A stretch of 49,885 nucleotides of DNA from an uncultured Acidimicrobiales bacterium (GTDB taxonomy: Bacteria; Actinomycetota; Acidimicrobiia; Acidimicrobiales; SHLQ01). Within the stretch, counting starts at the first letter, position 1; every line of letters starts with the position of its first letter. Positions 29,166-38,237 of the stretch are shown here, in pieces. The stretch lies in the NCBI GenBank assembly GCA_964445255.1, contig CAYUKM010000001.1, positions 1 through 49,885 of the forward strand, in the 5' to 3' direction. The notes beneath the pieces are model-generated. The model did not search any database. It was not told where the DNA came from and saw only the letters and a list, made by a program, of their open reading frames with translations. The position numbers were made by a program, and so were the translations under genes.

Positions 29166-31238
29166 TCACGCGTTGTTCGCGATCACCCGCTTGACCGCGG
29201 CCGAAACATCGTTCGTCGTAAAGCCAAAAAGCTCTTCGAGCATCGGTACCGGTCCGGACTTACCGAAGCGGTCCATGCCGATCACTTCGCCGCTCTCGCC
29301 CGCGTAGCGGTGCCACCCTTGGCTCGCACCTTCTTCGACCGTGACCCGAGCACCAATATCGCTCGGGAGAACACTCTGTCGGTACTGCTCGTCCTGCTCG
29401 TCGAAGATTTCCCATGACGCAAGGTTCACCACGCGAACGTGGATCCCATCGTTAGCGAGAGCCTCACGGGTAGCCATCGCCAGGTGCACCTCGGCGCCGG
29501 TCGCGATGATGATCGCATCGGGTGGGGCGCCATTGGGTGGGTCGGCGAGCACGTAGCCGCCACGTGCGACCCCACTCGCGGCAGCAAACTTCGTCCGGTC
29601 GATGACGGGAACCTTTTGATGCGCGATCGAAATGATCGTCGGACCATCTGTTCGCTCCAGCGCGAGCTTCCACGCTTCGACGGTCTCGTTCGCATCGGCC
29701 GGGCGGACGAGAGTGAGATTTGGCATTGCCCGGTAGCTGGCGAGATGGTCGATGGGTTGGTGGGTGGGACCGTCAGAGCCGACCCGGAACGAGTCGTTGG
29801 TCAACACGTGCACTACCGGTAGACCCATCAGTGCCGAGAGCCTAATGGCTCCGCGGCCGTATTCGCTAAACACCAAGTAGGTCGAGTCGTACGTGCGAAT
29901 ATCGGAGAGGGAAAGGCCGTTTGCGATTGCAGACATTGCATGTTCACGCGTGCCGTAGTGCATATTGCGGCCCCACGGAGTTTCAGGCTGATTGCCACCT
30001 GCTTCGGGGAACCACATGAGCGTCATCGACTTCATGGCCGTGTCTGAGGCTCCTCCCAGGAGCCAGGGAAACTTCGGCCCAATCGCGTTGATCGAGGCAA
30101 AGGACGCCTCACGCCCTGCGACCATTTCGCTGGGGTCATCCCAGCTAGGCAGAGCCGAGTCCCAGCCGTCAGGGAGTTTCCGGTTACGCATCTTGGCGAT
30201 GTGACCCGCGAACTCGGGCTGCGCTTTTGTGAACGCGTCCCACTTGGTGTTCCATTCAGTTCGCGCTTGTTGTCCGCGTCCGTAGAACTTGGTTTTTACA
30301 TGTTCGCGGACCTCGTCAGGAATCAAGAAGTCGCTGTCGGTGGGCCAGCCATAGTTGGCTTTGGTGGCCGCGGTTTCTTCGAGACCCATAGGAATGCCGT
30401 GCATGGGCTGGGTACCAGCCTTGTTCGGCGAACCCCAACCAATGACGCTGGTCATGTCGATAAATGTCGGGCGATCTTGCTCGGCGCGAAACGCTGCGAA
30501 CGCGGCGCGGATGGCGTCGAGGTCATTGGCATCGGCAACCTTGATCACGTTCCAGCCGAGCGCAGCGAACCGGGCGCTGACGTCTTCGGTAAACGCGAGG
30601 TTGGTCGAGCCTTCGATCGAGATGTTGTTGTTGTCGTAGATCCAGCACAAGTTGGAGAGCTTCTGGTGGCCGGCATAAGAGGCCGCCTCGTACGCGATGC
30701 CTTCCATGACGTCGCCGTCGCCGCCCAGTGCGATGACTTCGTGATCGAACACTCCTTCATTGTCCACATCGAACGCGGCCGCCTTCCAGCGTTGAGCAAC
30801 GGCCATGCCCACCGAATTGGCAAGGCCTTGGCCGAGCGGTCCCGTCGACGTCTCAACGCCAGCGAGAACACCGTGCTCGGGGTGGCCGGTCGCTCGACCC
30901 TTGCCTTGTCGGTACTGCCGAAGCTCGTCCACGGTCATGACCGGTTCGCCGACCGGTCCGGTTGCTGGATCGACCGAACGCACATCGGCCAACAACAGCA
31001 TGCTGTAGAGCAAAATCCCGGCGTGTCCGACCGACAGCACGAAGCGGTCCCGATTTTCCCAGAGCGGATCAAGCGGGTCGTAGCGAAGGTGCTCGGTGTA
31101 GATCGTGTAGAGCGTGGGAGCGAGTGCCATTGCGGTCCCCGGGTATCCCGAGCCGGCATTCTCTACCGAGTCGATCGACAGGGTTCGTAGCGTGGTGATC
31201 GCGAGCGCGTCAAGATCCTCGGTGTCTTCAGTTCCCAC
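29166..31238 (-). CDS. tkt: Transketolase
   Basis: 690 aa with SVGHAGILLYS, GDGDVMEGIAYEA and EDGPTHQPI-like (SDGPTHQPIDHL) motifs. Confidence 0.9.
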   Translation of the reverse strand: MGTEDTEDLDALAITTLRTLSIDSVENAGSGYPGTAMALAPTLYTIYTEHLRYDPLDPLWENRDRFVLSVGHAGILLYSMLLLADVRSVDPATGPVGEPVMTVDELRQYRQGKGRATGHPEHGVLAGVETSTGPLGQGLANSVGMAVAQRWKAAAFDVDNEGVFDHEVIALGGDGDVMEGIAYEAASYAGHQKLSNLCWIYDNNNISIEGSTNLAFTEDVSARFAALGWNVIKVADANDLDAIRAAFAAFRAEQDRPTFIDMTSVIGWGSPNKAGTQPMHGIPMGLEETAATKANYGWPTDSDFLIPDEVREHVKTKFYGRGQQARTEWNTKWDAFTKAQPEFAGHIAKMRNRKLPDGWDSALPSWDDPSEMVAGREASFASINAIGPKFPWLLGGASDTAMKSMTLMWFPEAGGNQPETPWGRNMHYGTREHAMSAIANGLSLSDIRTYDSTYLVFSEYGRGAIRLSALMGLPVVHVLTNDSFRVGSDGPTHQPIDHLASYRAMPNLTLVRPADANETVEAWKLALERTDGPTIISIAHQKVPVIDRTKFAAASGVARGGYVLADPPNGAPPDAIIIATGAEVHLAMATREALANDGIHVRVVNLASWEIFDEQDEQYRQSVLPSDIGARVTVEEGASQGWHRYAGESGEVIGMDRFGKSGPVPMLEELFGFTTNDVSAAVKRVIANNA

Positions 31239-31241
31239 GAT

Positions 31242-31916
31242 TTACTCCACTCCTTGCGTCAGCAACCTTGCCAGCGCACCAACGTCGGGTGCGACGAGCT
31301 CGGGAATGCGATCGTGACTCGCACGTGCCGCGCCTGGACGGTCGATGAACGCGGCGTTCGCGCCGGCGAGCAGTGCCCCGTTCACGTCCCAGTCGTGAGC
31401 GGCGACCATCGTGATGGCGTGGATTGGCGTGTCGAGCTGTTCGGCCGCGTAGTTGTACGTATCGGGGTGCGGCTTGAAGCGTTCTACGGTTTCCACCGAA
31501 AGCACCATGTCGAAATACGAGTGCAGCCCGGCGAACTTGAGTTGTGCATGCGCGACATCGAGTCGTGAGTTGGTGAGTGTCGCCAAACGGAACCCGTACT
31601 GTTTGAGCGCGGCGAGTCCGTCAGCGACGTCGGGGTGAGCGGGCAGTTCCGACATCGACCCGATGAGCGCCTGTGCGTCTTGGGTGCTCACCGGTTTTCC
31701 GACACGGTTGGCACTGGTCTGGAGCGCACCGACAGCCAGTTCGTCGAAGGAGCGATAGTCGCCGGTAACGCTCACCTCAAGGGAGTAGCGCAACAGCATC
31801 CCGAACCATTCACCCAACAAGTCAGCGTCGCCAAACGTGGAGGTGAATGCCCCATCGAGCGCCTTGACGTCGAGCAACGTTTCATTGACGTCGAAGAGCA
31901 ATACATCAGCAACCAT
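31242..31916 (-). CDS. HAD-superfamily hydrolase, type II haloacid-dehalogenase-like (motif I is D-V-N-E-T, not DxDxT)
   Basis: LLFDVNETLLD plus LATLTNS. The second catalytic Asp of HAD phosphatases is absent. Confidence 0.65.
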   Translation of the reverse strand: MVADVLLFDVNETLLDVKALDGAFTSTFGDADLLGEWFGMLLRYSLEVSVTGDYRSFDELAVGALQTSANRVGKPVSTQDAQALIGSMSELPAHPDVADGLAALKQYGFRLATLTNSRLDVAHAQLKFAGLHSYFDMVLSVETVERFKPHPDTYNYAAEQLDTPIHAITMVAAHDWDVNGALLAGANAAFIDRPGAARASHDRIPELVAPDVGALARLLTQGVE

Positions 31917-31930
31917 AATTTCCTTCTTAT

Positions 31931-32572
31931 CTATGTTTCCCGTGCGGCGCTAAGGGCCGCGACGGCGTTCGTAATTGCGCCGTAGTCGCCGTTGGCCAAC
32001 GCATCTGGCGGAACCGATGCCATCGTACCCACCGCGGTTGCTCCGGCTTGGAGCCAGGTTTGGACGTCGTCGGGTCCGATTGGGCCGTTTGCAATGATCC
32101 GGCTCCACGGCCGGGGGCTCTTGACGGCTTGGATGAACATCGGGTTCATGGCCGGGTACAGCTTGACGAACTCCACGCCATGACGTTCTGCCTCGGCAAT
32201 TTCGGTGATGGTCATCGTTCCCGGTAAGTACGGGACCTTTCGACGGTTGCACAAGTCCGCCGTTTCGGCCACGAAGATCGGTGACACGATGAACTCCGCG
32301 CCAATGGAAACAAACAGGGCGGCGGTCGCCGCGTCTTCTACCGAGCCAACCCCAATCACCATGTCGGGATGGTTTTGATCCGCGTGACGCCGAACGGCCT
32401 CGAAGACCTTGGGCGCGAACAGAATCCTGTTCGTGAACTCGATGACAACGCCCCCGCCCGCAGCGATGGCGTCGACGACTTGGATCGCTACCTCGGGGTC
32501 ACCGTGATGGAACAAGTGCATGACCTGTTCTTTGGCGATGGTATTGAGGACGTGTAGTCGATCGTGGGTCAC
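31931..32572 (-). CDS. KDPG / 4-hydroxy-2-oxoglutarate aldolase family
   Basis: 213 aa with VIEFTNR, LPGTMTITE and the Schiff-base context GVEFVKLYPA. GTG start. Confidence 0.7.
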   Translation of the reverse strand: MTHDRLHVLNTIAKEQVMHLFHHGDPEVAIQVVDAIAAGGGVVIEFTNRILFAPKVFEAVRRHADQNHPDMVIGVGSVEDAATAALFVSIGAEFIVSPIFVAETADLCNRRKVPYLPGTMTITEIAEAERHGVEFVKLYPAMNPMFIQAVKSPRPWSRIIANGPIGPDDVQTWLQAGATAVGTMASVPPDALANGDYGAITNAVAALSAARET

Positions 32573-32581
32573 AGCGAACTC

Positions 32582-33160
32582 TCAGCCTTCGGCTGAGGTT
32601 TCTGCTCGATCCGCTTCGATGGCTTTGGCAAGTGCCTCGCCCATCGCGGACAACTGAGCCTTGAGATCGTCGGAGGTCACGACACCGTCGGTGATCGCGT
32701 CGCCCGCTCGTGCCAGCAAGAGTTCGTCTTCGACAAGCTTCGTACCGGCAGTGCGCAATGTCTCGCGCAAGCTTGCCTGCGCGAAGCTGGTTCCGTCTTT
32801 GCCGGGAGTCGCTCCGATTACCGCAGCAACCTTGCCCCCGAGCGGGGCGTCTGGGTAGAAGCGTGAGGCCCAGTCGACGCCGTTCTTCAGGACGGCTGGC
32901 ACCCCGTGGTTGTACTCGGGCGTGACGAGCAAAACGGCATCGGCTGCGACGATCGCGGCTTTGAGGTCCTGGACGGGCTGTGGGTCTCCGGCCTCTTCGA
33001 CATCACCGTCGTACATAGGCACTGTGCGCAAGTCGAAGTCGCTCACTTCCATGCCTTGGGGCGCTGCATCTTTGAAGCCATTGAGTAGGGCCTGGTTAAA
33101 TGAACCTTTTCTGTAGCTTCCCGCAAGTGCCAATACGCGAACGTTTTCTTCTGAATTCAT
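32582..33160 (-). CDS. NADPH-dependent FMN reductase
   Basis: 192 aa with VLALAGSYRKGSFN and LLVTPEYNHGVPAVLKN. Confidence 0.8.
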   Translation of the reverse strand: MNSEENVRVLALAGSYRKGSFNQALLNGFKDAAPQGMEVSDFDLRTVPMYDGDVEEAGDPQPVQDLKAAIVAADAVLLVTPEYNHGVPAVLKNGVDWASRFYPDAPLGGKVAAVIGATPGKDGTSFAQASLRETLRTAGTKLVEDELLLARAGDAITDGVVTSDDLKAQLSAMGEALAKAIEADRAETSAEG

Positions 33161-33211
33161 GACGGCTATTCCGCCTTTCTTGTAGGTGTGTTAGCAGCGC
33201 TGAATTTGTGT

Positions 33212-33252
33212 TCAGTTGATCTAGTGACCGGTGCTGGTACGCAATCTAGTAA
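33212..33252 (-). promoter_or_regulatory. Conserved ~40-nt element, copy A (palindrome TCAGTTGATCTAGTGA plus second ATCTAGTAA 25 nt away)
   Basis: About 35 of 40 positions are identical to 45869..45909. It begins 51 nt upstream of the FMN-reductase start codon, in the same orientation as copy B. Confidence 0.5.
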
Positions 33253-33371
33253 TTCGAGGCGCGTTTAGGCCAGTGCGGTCGTCGACTAGTTCCATCTGCA
33301 GCGTCGCGGCAGATGAAGTCGCGCCTTGTCGAGGCGACTCTCTCGGGCACACCACTACGCTCGAAGACACC

Positions 33372-33839
33372 ATGAGCAACACAAGAAGTCCACTTCCCGC
33401 GGCACTGCGTCCGCCCCTCTCTCCAGGCGTTGGGCTCCTTCTCGAGAGCAAGATCCCGGCGCGGCTTGCGTGGGTTGCCCAAGGCGCGCCGAACGTTCTC
33501 CCTATCTGGTTCACATGGACTGGCAGCGTTCTCGCGATGTCGACGTTCGCTGGAGCCGCAAAGCTCGACACGATTGTGGAGGGTTCGGCGCTGGCAGTCA
33601 CGATCGATACCGAAGACTTCCCCTATCGGAGTCTGAAGATTCGTGGGACCGCTGAACTTCGTCCGACGACGGGACTAGCCGACGAGTACATCACTGCAGC
33701 AGAGCGGACGCTCGGTCCCGAAATGTCCCGTCGATGGCAAGAGTTCCTCGGGAACCCTGATCAGGTCGTTATCGGGCTGCGGCCAAACTGGGCACGCTTT
33801 AGCGATATGGCCGATTCACCTTTTCTGACGGGCGAGTAG
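33372..33839 (+). CDS. PPOX-class (possibly F420-dependent) split-barrel protein
   Basis: About 155 aa from ATG 33372. ARLAWVAQGAPNVLPIWFTW and SLKIRGTAEL are typical of the family. Confidence 0.6.
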   Translation: MSNTRSPLPAALRPPLSPGVGLLLESKIPARLAWVAQGAPNVLPIWFTWTGSVLAMSTFAGAAKLDTIVEGSALAVTIDTEDFPYRSLKIRGTAELRPTTGLADEYITAAERTLGPEMSRRWQEFLGNPDQVVIGLRPNWARFSDMADSPFLTGE

Positions 33840-33887
33840 TTCAGGCGAGTCTTGTATGTAGTCGGGCTAACCAGTTCCACTGAGGCG

Positions 33888-34301
33888 TCATTTTGGATCG
33901 GTGAGCACTTCTATGCGGTTGCCGCCTGGCTCGTAAATCATGTAGTGCACTCGTGGCCCAACCCCGACCGGGTTCTGCTGCGGTTCGAATTCGACTGCAA
34001 CTCCCTCGATAGCACTGACCCTGTCGAACGTCTGATGCAACGTGTCGAGATCGTCGACTTGCAGGGCGAGGTGGTGGAGGCCGACGTTTCGTTCGCGATC
34101 GGCTGCGACTGGGTCATCGGTGAGCGTTGACCAAAGGGTAAGGATCGAGGTGCCGTCGCCGATGTAGACCGCTGGATAGCCGGGGTCTTCGCCCAGGACG
34201 CTCCAGCCGAGCCCGTCGACGAAGAACGTAACGGTCGCCTCGAGATTTGGGACGGTTAGTCCGAGGTGATGGATGCCGCGTGTGCTCGCTGTGTCGCTCA
34301 T
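33888..34301 (-). CDS. VOC (glyoxalase/bleomycin-resistance/dioxygenase) family protein
   Basis: GIHHLGLTVPNLEATVTFF and GLHHLALQVDDL repeat halves. Confidence 0.75.
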   Translation of the reverse strand: MSDTASTRGIHHLGLTVPNLEATVTFFVDGLGWSVLGEDPGYPAVYIGDGTSILTLWSTLTDDPVAADRERNVGLHHLALQVDDLDTLHQTFDRVSAIEGVAVEFEPQQNPVGVGPRVHYMIYEPGGNRIEVLTDPK

Positions 34302-34594
34302 AGCGTCGGCACGATCTGAGCGAACGATGGATTGCTAGCCGAAAGCCGCTCCTCAACAATGGCCTGATAGCCCTCGGAGTTGAAGGCGGCTTTGGCGGCC
34401 TCCACTGAGGGGTACTCGAGTACGACCGTCGTTGGGGCGCTTCCGTTGCCCTCGCCGAGATCGATGGAGTCGTCGGTGAAGGCGATTGGCTTGCCACCTC
34501 CTTGGACAACGAGGTGCTCGCCTCCCTTCTCGCGGTAGGCCTCAATCGCTTCGAGATCGGTGATCTCGTAATTGATGATGAGTAATGCTGGCAT
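34298..34594 (-). CDS. DUF1330 domain protein
   Basis: 98 aa with VVLEYPSVEAAKAAFNSEGYQ. 4-nt overlap with the VOC gene. Confidence 0.6.
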   Translation of the reverse strand: MPALLIINYEITDLEAIEAYREKGGEHLVVQGGGKPIAFTDDSIDLGEGNGSAPTTVVLEYPSVEAAKAAFNSEGYQAIVEERLSASNPSFAQIVPTL

Positions 34595-34655
34595 GGTCTT
34601 CCTTTCGTTGTGGGATAGATCGACTGGATGGGGTTGGATTGGCTCTACGTTCGCC

Positions 34656-35558
34656 TCAGATTTTGGGGCTGTACCTCGATGGCTCTACGTCGACCCATTG
34701 GCCGACCGAAGCCCACGAGACTTTGACGTCATCGATCTTCAGCGACACAGACCGTTCGGGTTCTGGGAGTGACAAACCGGTGCTGCGAACAGTGGCTCGT
34801 CCAGTGAGTTGCAAGTTGCGGCCCGTCGTAAAGTCAACGGCGGTCAGTCCTAGTCGGTCGTCGAGTCGAAGGTTGCCGAGCGTGTTGTACATCCCATTGC
34901 CGAAGTAATCGGGAATCTCCAGTTCGTCAGGGCTCACAACTTCGATGAAGCCAGGCGATCCGCCCCTATGGGTCACGTCCGCGCCGTGCGGAGAGAAGCT
35001 TGCAAAGAATGCGGTATCGGATCGCTGAAGCTGAAGACGGTCCTCATTCGTGAGGGCGGACCGAGTCTCGGGTGCGAGTGCCGGGGTTTGCGGTGCTGGT
35101 TGGTGGAGTCGTTTGAAGATGTACTTCGGACAGATGCCGAACAACCTGGTCATTCGATAGTCGATGGAGTCGTTCTCGGTGATCGATGCCTGCCCAATGG
35201 ACTTGGCTCGTCTTCGAGTCTCCATGCTGAAGAACAGCACGCCCAGCTCAGCGTTGTCTGCAATGTTCGCACGCATTGGATCGCCATCTATCGGGAGCGC
35301 ATCGATCGAGATAGTCGTTGGGCTGGTCACGCGAAACAGGGGGTCCCCACCGGAGAGCAGCGGCGAAGCCCAGGGGCGCCCTTGTGCGTCGATAGTGCCC
35401 GCCATGGAGAAGGAAAGCTCTTCAATGAAGACGTGTTCGTGGGGGTTGACTTCAGGGCGCATCATTTGGCGGGACTGCCGCTCGTACGCTTCGGTGTCGG
35501 TGCCCCAGTCGGCGTGCATGGCAACTTCGCCTTCGTGAAAGTGCTCGTAAGTGGTCAT
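34656..35558 (-). CDS. PPOX-related FMN-binding protein, two-domain form
   Basis: 300 aa. FSMAGTIDAQGRPWASPL and SFSPHGADVTHRGGSPGFI resemble split-barrel flavoproteins. Confidence 0.5.
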   Translation of the reverse strand: MTTYEHFHEGEVAMHADWGTDTEAYERQSRQMMRPEVNPHEHVFIEELSFSMAGTIDAQGRPWASPLLSGGDPLFRVTSPTTISIDALPIDGDPMRANIADNAELGVLFFSMETRRRAKSIGQASITENDSIDYRMTRLFGICPKYIFKRLHQPAPQTPALAPETRSALTNEDRLQLQRSDTAFFASFSPHGADVTHRGGSPGFIEVVSPDELEIPDYFGNGMYNTLGNLRLDDRLGLTAVDFTTGRNLQLTGRATVRSTGLSLPEPERSVSLKIDDVKVSWASVGQWVDVEPSRYSPKI

Positions 35559-35686
35559 GGGATGGCCAAGTCTTCTCTGGACGGTGGTTCAGCTCACAGT
35601 GGACTAACTAGTAATACGAATTTGAAGGTTAGCTTGGGCGCTAACCATTGACAACACGTTCAGTGGTTAGACGGTATGCTTTAGGT

Positions 35687-36259
35687 ATGACAGGGCCAGC
35701 ACCACGTCCAATGCCCGGCGGCCCGATCGCCGTTGACCTCGCCAACACGACGTGGAACAACGACGGCCAGGTAGTCGATTGGCTCGACGAGGATGCAGCG
35801 GTTCGAGACTTCGCCGAAACCTACGGAATGCGCTGTCGCTCAGCCGATGTGCCAGCGGTGCGCCAATCACTAGTCCGGGCGCGTGGCATGGTTCGAGACG
35901 TTCTCAATACCGCGGTCACCGACGAGCAGTGGGGACCGCTGCAAGCTCAGATCAACGACGAACTCGCTGATGCCCTGCTGGTCTTGGCTGTATCGTCGGG
36001 AACTGCCCACATCGACGCCTCCCATCGCGAGCCCACAAGGCAATTGGCGGTTCGCGCGCTCGTTAATGCCGTCGAGGTGAAGCGTGACCACGCTGGCCGA
36101 GTCCGATGCTGCCGGCACCCTGACTGCATGTTGTGGTTCGTCGACGTATCAAAGGGCGGTCAGCGGCGCTGGTGTTCCATGGAACGCTGCGGAAACCGAG
36201 CGAAAGTCCAACGCCACTACGAGCGTACGCGCGCCAAGAAGTCCGCAGGTCAGTCCTGA
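35687..36259 (+). CDS. CGNR zinc-finger (ABATE domain) putative regulator
   Basis: C-terminal CCRHPDCMLWFVDVSKGGQRRWCSMERCGNRAKVQRHY. Start is uncertain (TTG 35648 or ATG 35687). Confidence 0.75.
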   Translation: MTGPAPRPMPGGPIAVDLANTTWNNDGQVVDWLDEDAAVRDFAETYGMRCRSADVPAVRQSLVRARGMVRDVLNTAVTDEQWGPLQAQINDELADALLVLAVSSGTAHIDASHREPTRQLAVRALVNAVEVKRDHAGRVRCCRHPDCMLWFVDVSKGGQRRWCSMERCGNRAKVQRHYERTRAKKSAGQS

Positions 36260-36311
36260 AGGACCGTGAGGTCGATCCAATCGATCTCCAGGCGGAAAGG
36301 CCCATCAGCTC

Positions 36312-37178
36312 TCACAGATTCAGGGCAATGATTGCCACTAAAGCTGTGGCAATACCGGCGACTTCTCGCCCTTTGACCTGCTCGCCCCAGGCAAGTCTGC
36401 CGATCAAGGCCATGAGCACAAGGCTGGACGCCGAAAAGAGCGTGAACGCGAGGGCGGACCGACCCTCGAAACCTCCGGCGAGCGCTCGCAGGAGGAAATA
36501 GCTAACAGCGAAGTTCAAGATGCCCAGAGCGACACCGGTGAGCGAGTCGAGCCGGGTAAAGGTCTGGCCACGTTTGAGCGCCATCGTGGTCGAGACCACC
36601 GCAGCGGTGCCGAACAAGACCACGAAGAACGCGAGGTCATCTTCTCCTGAACCAACTTCGTTGAACAGGCTGACCCACGCATCGATAACCCCGAAAGTGA
36701 TGATCAACGTGCTGGCATACAGCAGCACCTTGGGCGCACGCTGATTTGGCGGACGCAGTTCACTTATCGGAGCCATACGGGGAGTCAGCAGGAGGAACGC
36801 TCCAAACAACAAGGCAATGCCGAGAGCGAGACGAGGCGTCAACGCTTCGCCGAAAAAGACCAGGCCGAGTAGGACCGGAACTGCCAGCGAGAGCCGTGCC
36901 CATGCACCGGTGCGGGCCAGGCCGAACGTGGCGATTCCCGAGGCGTACAGGTGAAACGCGGTTGGCCATATGAGTCCACCGATAAAGCCCAGGACAATAG
37001 TGATGGGCTCGACCGATGACAGCTTGTCCGTGGCGAGTGCGAGCACAAGCCCGATCGCCGCCGCAAGGACATAGTTCGCAGCGATGACGATTTCGATGTT
37101 GCGGCCGTGCTGGCGCGCCAGTCGCAGCACGACGGCCACACCTGTTGTCGCCGCAATCGATAATGCGAGATCGATCAC
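36312..37178 (-). CDS. DMT/EamA-like membrane transporter
   Basis: 288 aa, about 10 hydrophobic segments. Weak family assignment. Confidence 0.4.
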   Translation of the reverse strand: MIDLALSIAATTGVAVVLRLARQHGRNIEIVIAANYVLAAAIGLVLALATDKLSSVEPITIVLGFIGGLIWPTAFHLYASGIATFGLARTGAWARLSLAVPVLLGLVFFGEALTPRLALGIALLFGAFLLLTPRMAPISELRPPNQRAPKVLLYASTLIITFGVIDAWVSLFNEVGSGEDDLAFFVVLFGTAAVVSTTMALKRGQTFTRLDSLTGVALGILNFAVSYFLLRALAGGFEGRSALAFTLFSASSLVLMALIGRLAWGEQVKGREVAGIATALVAIIALNL

Positions 37179-37244
37179 CCTCGACGCGAAGGACGTTGTT
37201 CACGACGCAACATGGAGCGACCTTAGCAGTCGGGTCAAAACAAC

Positions 37245-38135
37245 TTAACTAGCCGCTCCGACGTCGTCACGGAGTACTCGGAGCTGTTCGAGCAACGAGC
37301 GCTCTTCGTCTGAGACATCCTTGGGAACATCGATGGTGACGGCGACGATCAGATCGCCAGTTCGCTTGGCGAGTGGCACGCCTTTGCCCTTGACCCGCAG
37401 CTTCTGACCATTCGCGCTTCCAGGTGGAATGCGAACCGTCACCGTTGACCCATCGAGGGTCGGTACCGAAACTTCGCCACCGAGCACTGCGTCCTCATAA
37501 CGGATCGGAACAGTCGTCGTCAGGTTGTTGCCCGATCGCCCAAAGGTTGGGTGTGAACCGACCGAGACCTCGATGAGCAGGTCGCCCTCGGGACCACCAT
37601 TGAGACCGGGAGCGCCCTTACCCGCAAGACGGATGGTCTGGCGATCCTTGACGCCGGCGGGGATCCGCACGTTTACCGAGCGACCATCGAGGGTAAGTGT
37701 GGTGGTGAGCCCTTGGATGGCATCGATGAACTCCATATGGAGCGAAGCAGAAAGGTCGCTTCCGCGGCGCGGCCGGCGCTGTTGTTCAGCGAAATACTCG
37801 CCGAACATGGTGTCGAAGTCGAAGTCGACGAAGTTCGCGTCCTGATATGACCGGCTTGACCATTGGTTCGAGCCCGCCGAGGACTGGCGTCGATACGCCG
37901 CCTGCGTCCGTAGGTCGTTGTACTCCTTTCGACGATCCTCGTCGGAGAGCACTTCGTAGGCCTTAGCAATGTCGGAAAACCGTTCCTCGGCCTCGACATC
38001 TCCTGGATTGGCGTCAGGGTGAGCGGTACGAGCGAGCTTTCGGTATGCGGACTTGATCTCTTTTTGTGTGGCGTCACTGCTGACACCGAGGACATCGTAG
38101 AAGTCGATGTCGAGCCATTCGGCAGTTGCATTCAT
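37245..38135 (-). CDS. CbpA-like J-domain co-chaperone (J domain plus DnaJ C-terminal domains, no Zn-finger region)
   Basis: DFYDVLGVSSDATQKEIKSAYRKLARTAHPD (HPD). The C-terminal beta domains are present. The CxxCxGxG repeats are absent. Confidence 0.8.
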   Translation of the reverse strand: MNATAEWLDIDFYDVLGVSSDATQKEIKSAYRKLARTAHPDANPGDVEAEERFSDIAKAYEVLSDEDRRKEYNDLRTQAAYRRQSSAGSNQWSSRSYQDANFVDFDFDTMFGEYFAEQQRRPRRGSDLSASLHMEFIDAIQGLTTTLTLDGRSVNVRIPAGVKDRQTIRLAGKGAPGLNGGPEGDLLIEVSVGSHPTFGRSGNNLTTTVPIRYEDAVLGGEVSVPTLDGSTVTVRIPPGSANGQKLRVKGKGVPLAKRTGDLIVAVTIDVPKDVSDEERSLLEQLRVLRDDVGAAS

Positions 38136-38170
38136 GTGGTGGTCACCTCCTTGGTATTAGACCGGACTAC

Positions 38171-38203
38171 GGGGCACAGCCGGAACGAACCCGGCTATGC
38201 CCC
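38171..38203 (-). other. Intercistronic hairpin between dnaK and the J-protein gene
   Basis: GGGGCA-c-AGCCGG [aacgaac] CCGGCT-a-TGCCCC, 12 bp with one mismatch. Confidence 0.5.
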
Positions 38204-38237
38204 ATTGGTGGTCTGATTAATTGGGATAGCTAACTAA

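Noticed and set aside
29046-29168. The transketolase stop TGA (29168..29166) is in frame with the RraA-like gene, with no other stop between them, so a read-through fusion was considered.
   Set aside because: The intervening 40 codons have no redox motif or domain character and no SECIS-like hairpin follows. ATG 29045 has its own GGGAGA RBS. A shared frame with no stops over 120 nt is unremarkable in GC-rich DNA.
33212-33252. Reading the conserved 40-nt element as a plain sigma70 or SigH/SigR promoter.
   Set aside because: The best hexamers (TTGCGT...TAGATC on the minus strand, TTGATC...TACGCA on the plus strand) have the wrong spacing or lack the invariant final T. No GGAAT-N17-GTT fits in the gene-proximal orientation. 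The element is kept as an operator or unknown element instead.
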